NCBI RefSeq assembly: GCF_963921235.1
Contig: NC_086108.1
Span: 55,120,001-55,184,000, forward strand
Length of the DNA stretch: 64,000 nt
Source: Mobula hypostoma
Lineage: Eukaryota
Reading direction: 5' to 3'
Every line of letters starts with the position of its first letter. Within the stretch, counting starts at the first letter, position 1. The position numbers and the translations under genes are program-made. Positions 62,668-64,000 of this stretch are shown here, piece by piece. The notes beneath the pieces were generated by a model. It saw nothing but the letters and a program-made list of their open reading frames with translations, was not told where the DNA came from and searched no databases.

Positions 62668-64000
62668 TGTATATGTATATCAAATAATTAAGTTAAAATA
62701 AGAAGTGCAAAAACAAAAATAAATTTTAAAAAGTAGTGAAGTAGTGTTCATGGGTTTAATGTTCCGAATCGCTGAGTGTGTGCCTTCAGGCTTCTGTCCC
62801 TCCTTCCTGACAGTAACAATGAGAAGAGGACATGTCCTGGGTGATTAGGGTCTTTAATAATGGATGTTAACTTTCTGAAGCACCGCTTCTTGAAGATGTC
62901 TTGGATACTACGGAGGCTAGTAGCAATGATGGAGCTGACTAATTTTACAACTTCCTGCTACTTACTTCAATCCCTTGCAGTAGCCCCTCCCCACAAACCA
63001 GACAGTAATGCTCTCCACTGTACATTTGTAAAAATTTTTGAGTGTTTTAGGTGACAACCAAATCTTTTTAGACTCCAAATGAAATATGCCCACCACCTTG
63101 TCTTCTTTATAGTTGCATCGATGTGACCAGGTTAGGTTCTCAGAGATATTGACACCCAGGAACTTGAAATTGCTCACTCTCTCCAGTCTATGAGGATTGG
63201 TTCATGTTCCCTCATCCTATCCTTTCTGATGTCCACAATCAGCTCTTTGGTCTTATTAACATCTTCGTCAGGGATGATGCCTAGGCATGGTTCGTCCAGT
63301 GGTACGTCTGTAGAAGTCATTGTCCATCTCTCCTGATTGGTTAGTCCTCATCCAGTCAGGTTTCTGCTTTCCCACTTTGTTTAAAATTGAATTCCAGTTC
63401 TTACTTGGAGAAAGACCTTGTTGTATCATCAGTAAATTCATAGATGGCATTTGACTTATACTTAGCCACACAGTCATGGGTGTAGAGAGAGTAGTGGGCT
63501 ACGCACACATCCCCGTGGTGCACTAGTATTGACTCTCAGCGAGGTGGAGAAGCTATTTCCAATCTGCACAGACTGTAGTCTTCCAGTTAGGAAGTTGAGG
63601 ATCTAGGTGCGGTGGGGGGTGGGGGGTGGGTACAGAGGCCCAGGTTCTGCAGCTTTTCAATCAGGACTGCAGGAATGGATGGTGTTGAGCACTGAGCTAT
63701 AGTCAATAAACAGCATCCTAACATATTTATTTGTATTTTCCAGGTGACCCAAGGGTGCATGGAGAGCCACTGAGATCGCATCTGCCGTAGACCTATTGTG
63801 GTGATACGGTCCAGGTCCTTACTCAGATTGGAGTTAATTCTAACCATGAGCAACCTCTCAAAGGATTTCTTCACTGTAGACTTGAGTGCTACTGGACGAT
63901 ATTTGTTAAGGTAGCTTATACTGTTCTTCTTGGGCACTGGCATACTTTTTGCCCTTTTGAAGCAGGTGGGAACCTCATAGCAATGAGAGGCTGCAAATGT
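62668..64000 (-). mobile_element. Rex1/Babar LINE body; its 3' tip lies at about 56196-56270 and 56721-56765
   Basis: PVPKK, YRPVAL and FKFLGVNISENLTWS motifs. The 3' UTR continues the piece starting CAGAATCAGAACCAGGTTTAATATCAC at about 56196. Confidence 0.82.
63260..63418 (-). mobile_element. Short Penelope-like 3' fragment ending within a hammerhead core
   Basis: Minus strand GLSPSKNWNSILNKV..., ending ...ATCCCTGACGAAGATG (CUGACGA with no GAAA half). Confidence 0.5.

Overview
Eukaryotic, AT-rich, transposon-saturated intronic or intergenic DNA. The repeat set (CR1, Rex1/Babar, RTE, L1, Penelope, V-SINE, Gypsy, Tc1/mariner, hAT MITEs) suggests a cartilaginous fish, most likely a ray; this is an inference. 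I could not identify a host gene with confidence. The only long intact ORF is the ORF2 of a young, 5'-truncated L1 (40595-44371, minus) with an 11-bp TSD. The most unusual observation is at 20316-20872. There, a non-autonomous RTE-derived retroposon with a G-U-rich 5' hairpin carries a 178-bp piece of the host gene CYHR1/ZFTRAF1 in circularly permuted order. Its two ends rejoin seamlessly into ...KLEERLYSVLC|CTVCLDLPKAS, which is the expected footprint of a small circular DNA or RNA that was opened once and integrated. Also notable: an intact minimal hammerhead ribozyme in a Penelope insertion (46202-46241), a full-length decayed Gypsy provirus containing a solo LTR, and a multi-level TE nest at 56.2-64 kb. 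Family calls come from motif recognition, not database searches. Boundaries of decayed repeats are approximate.
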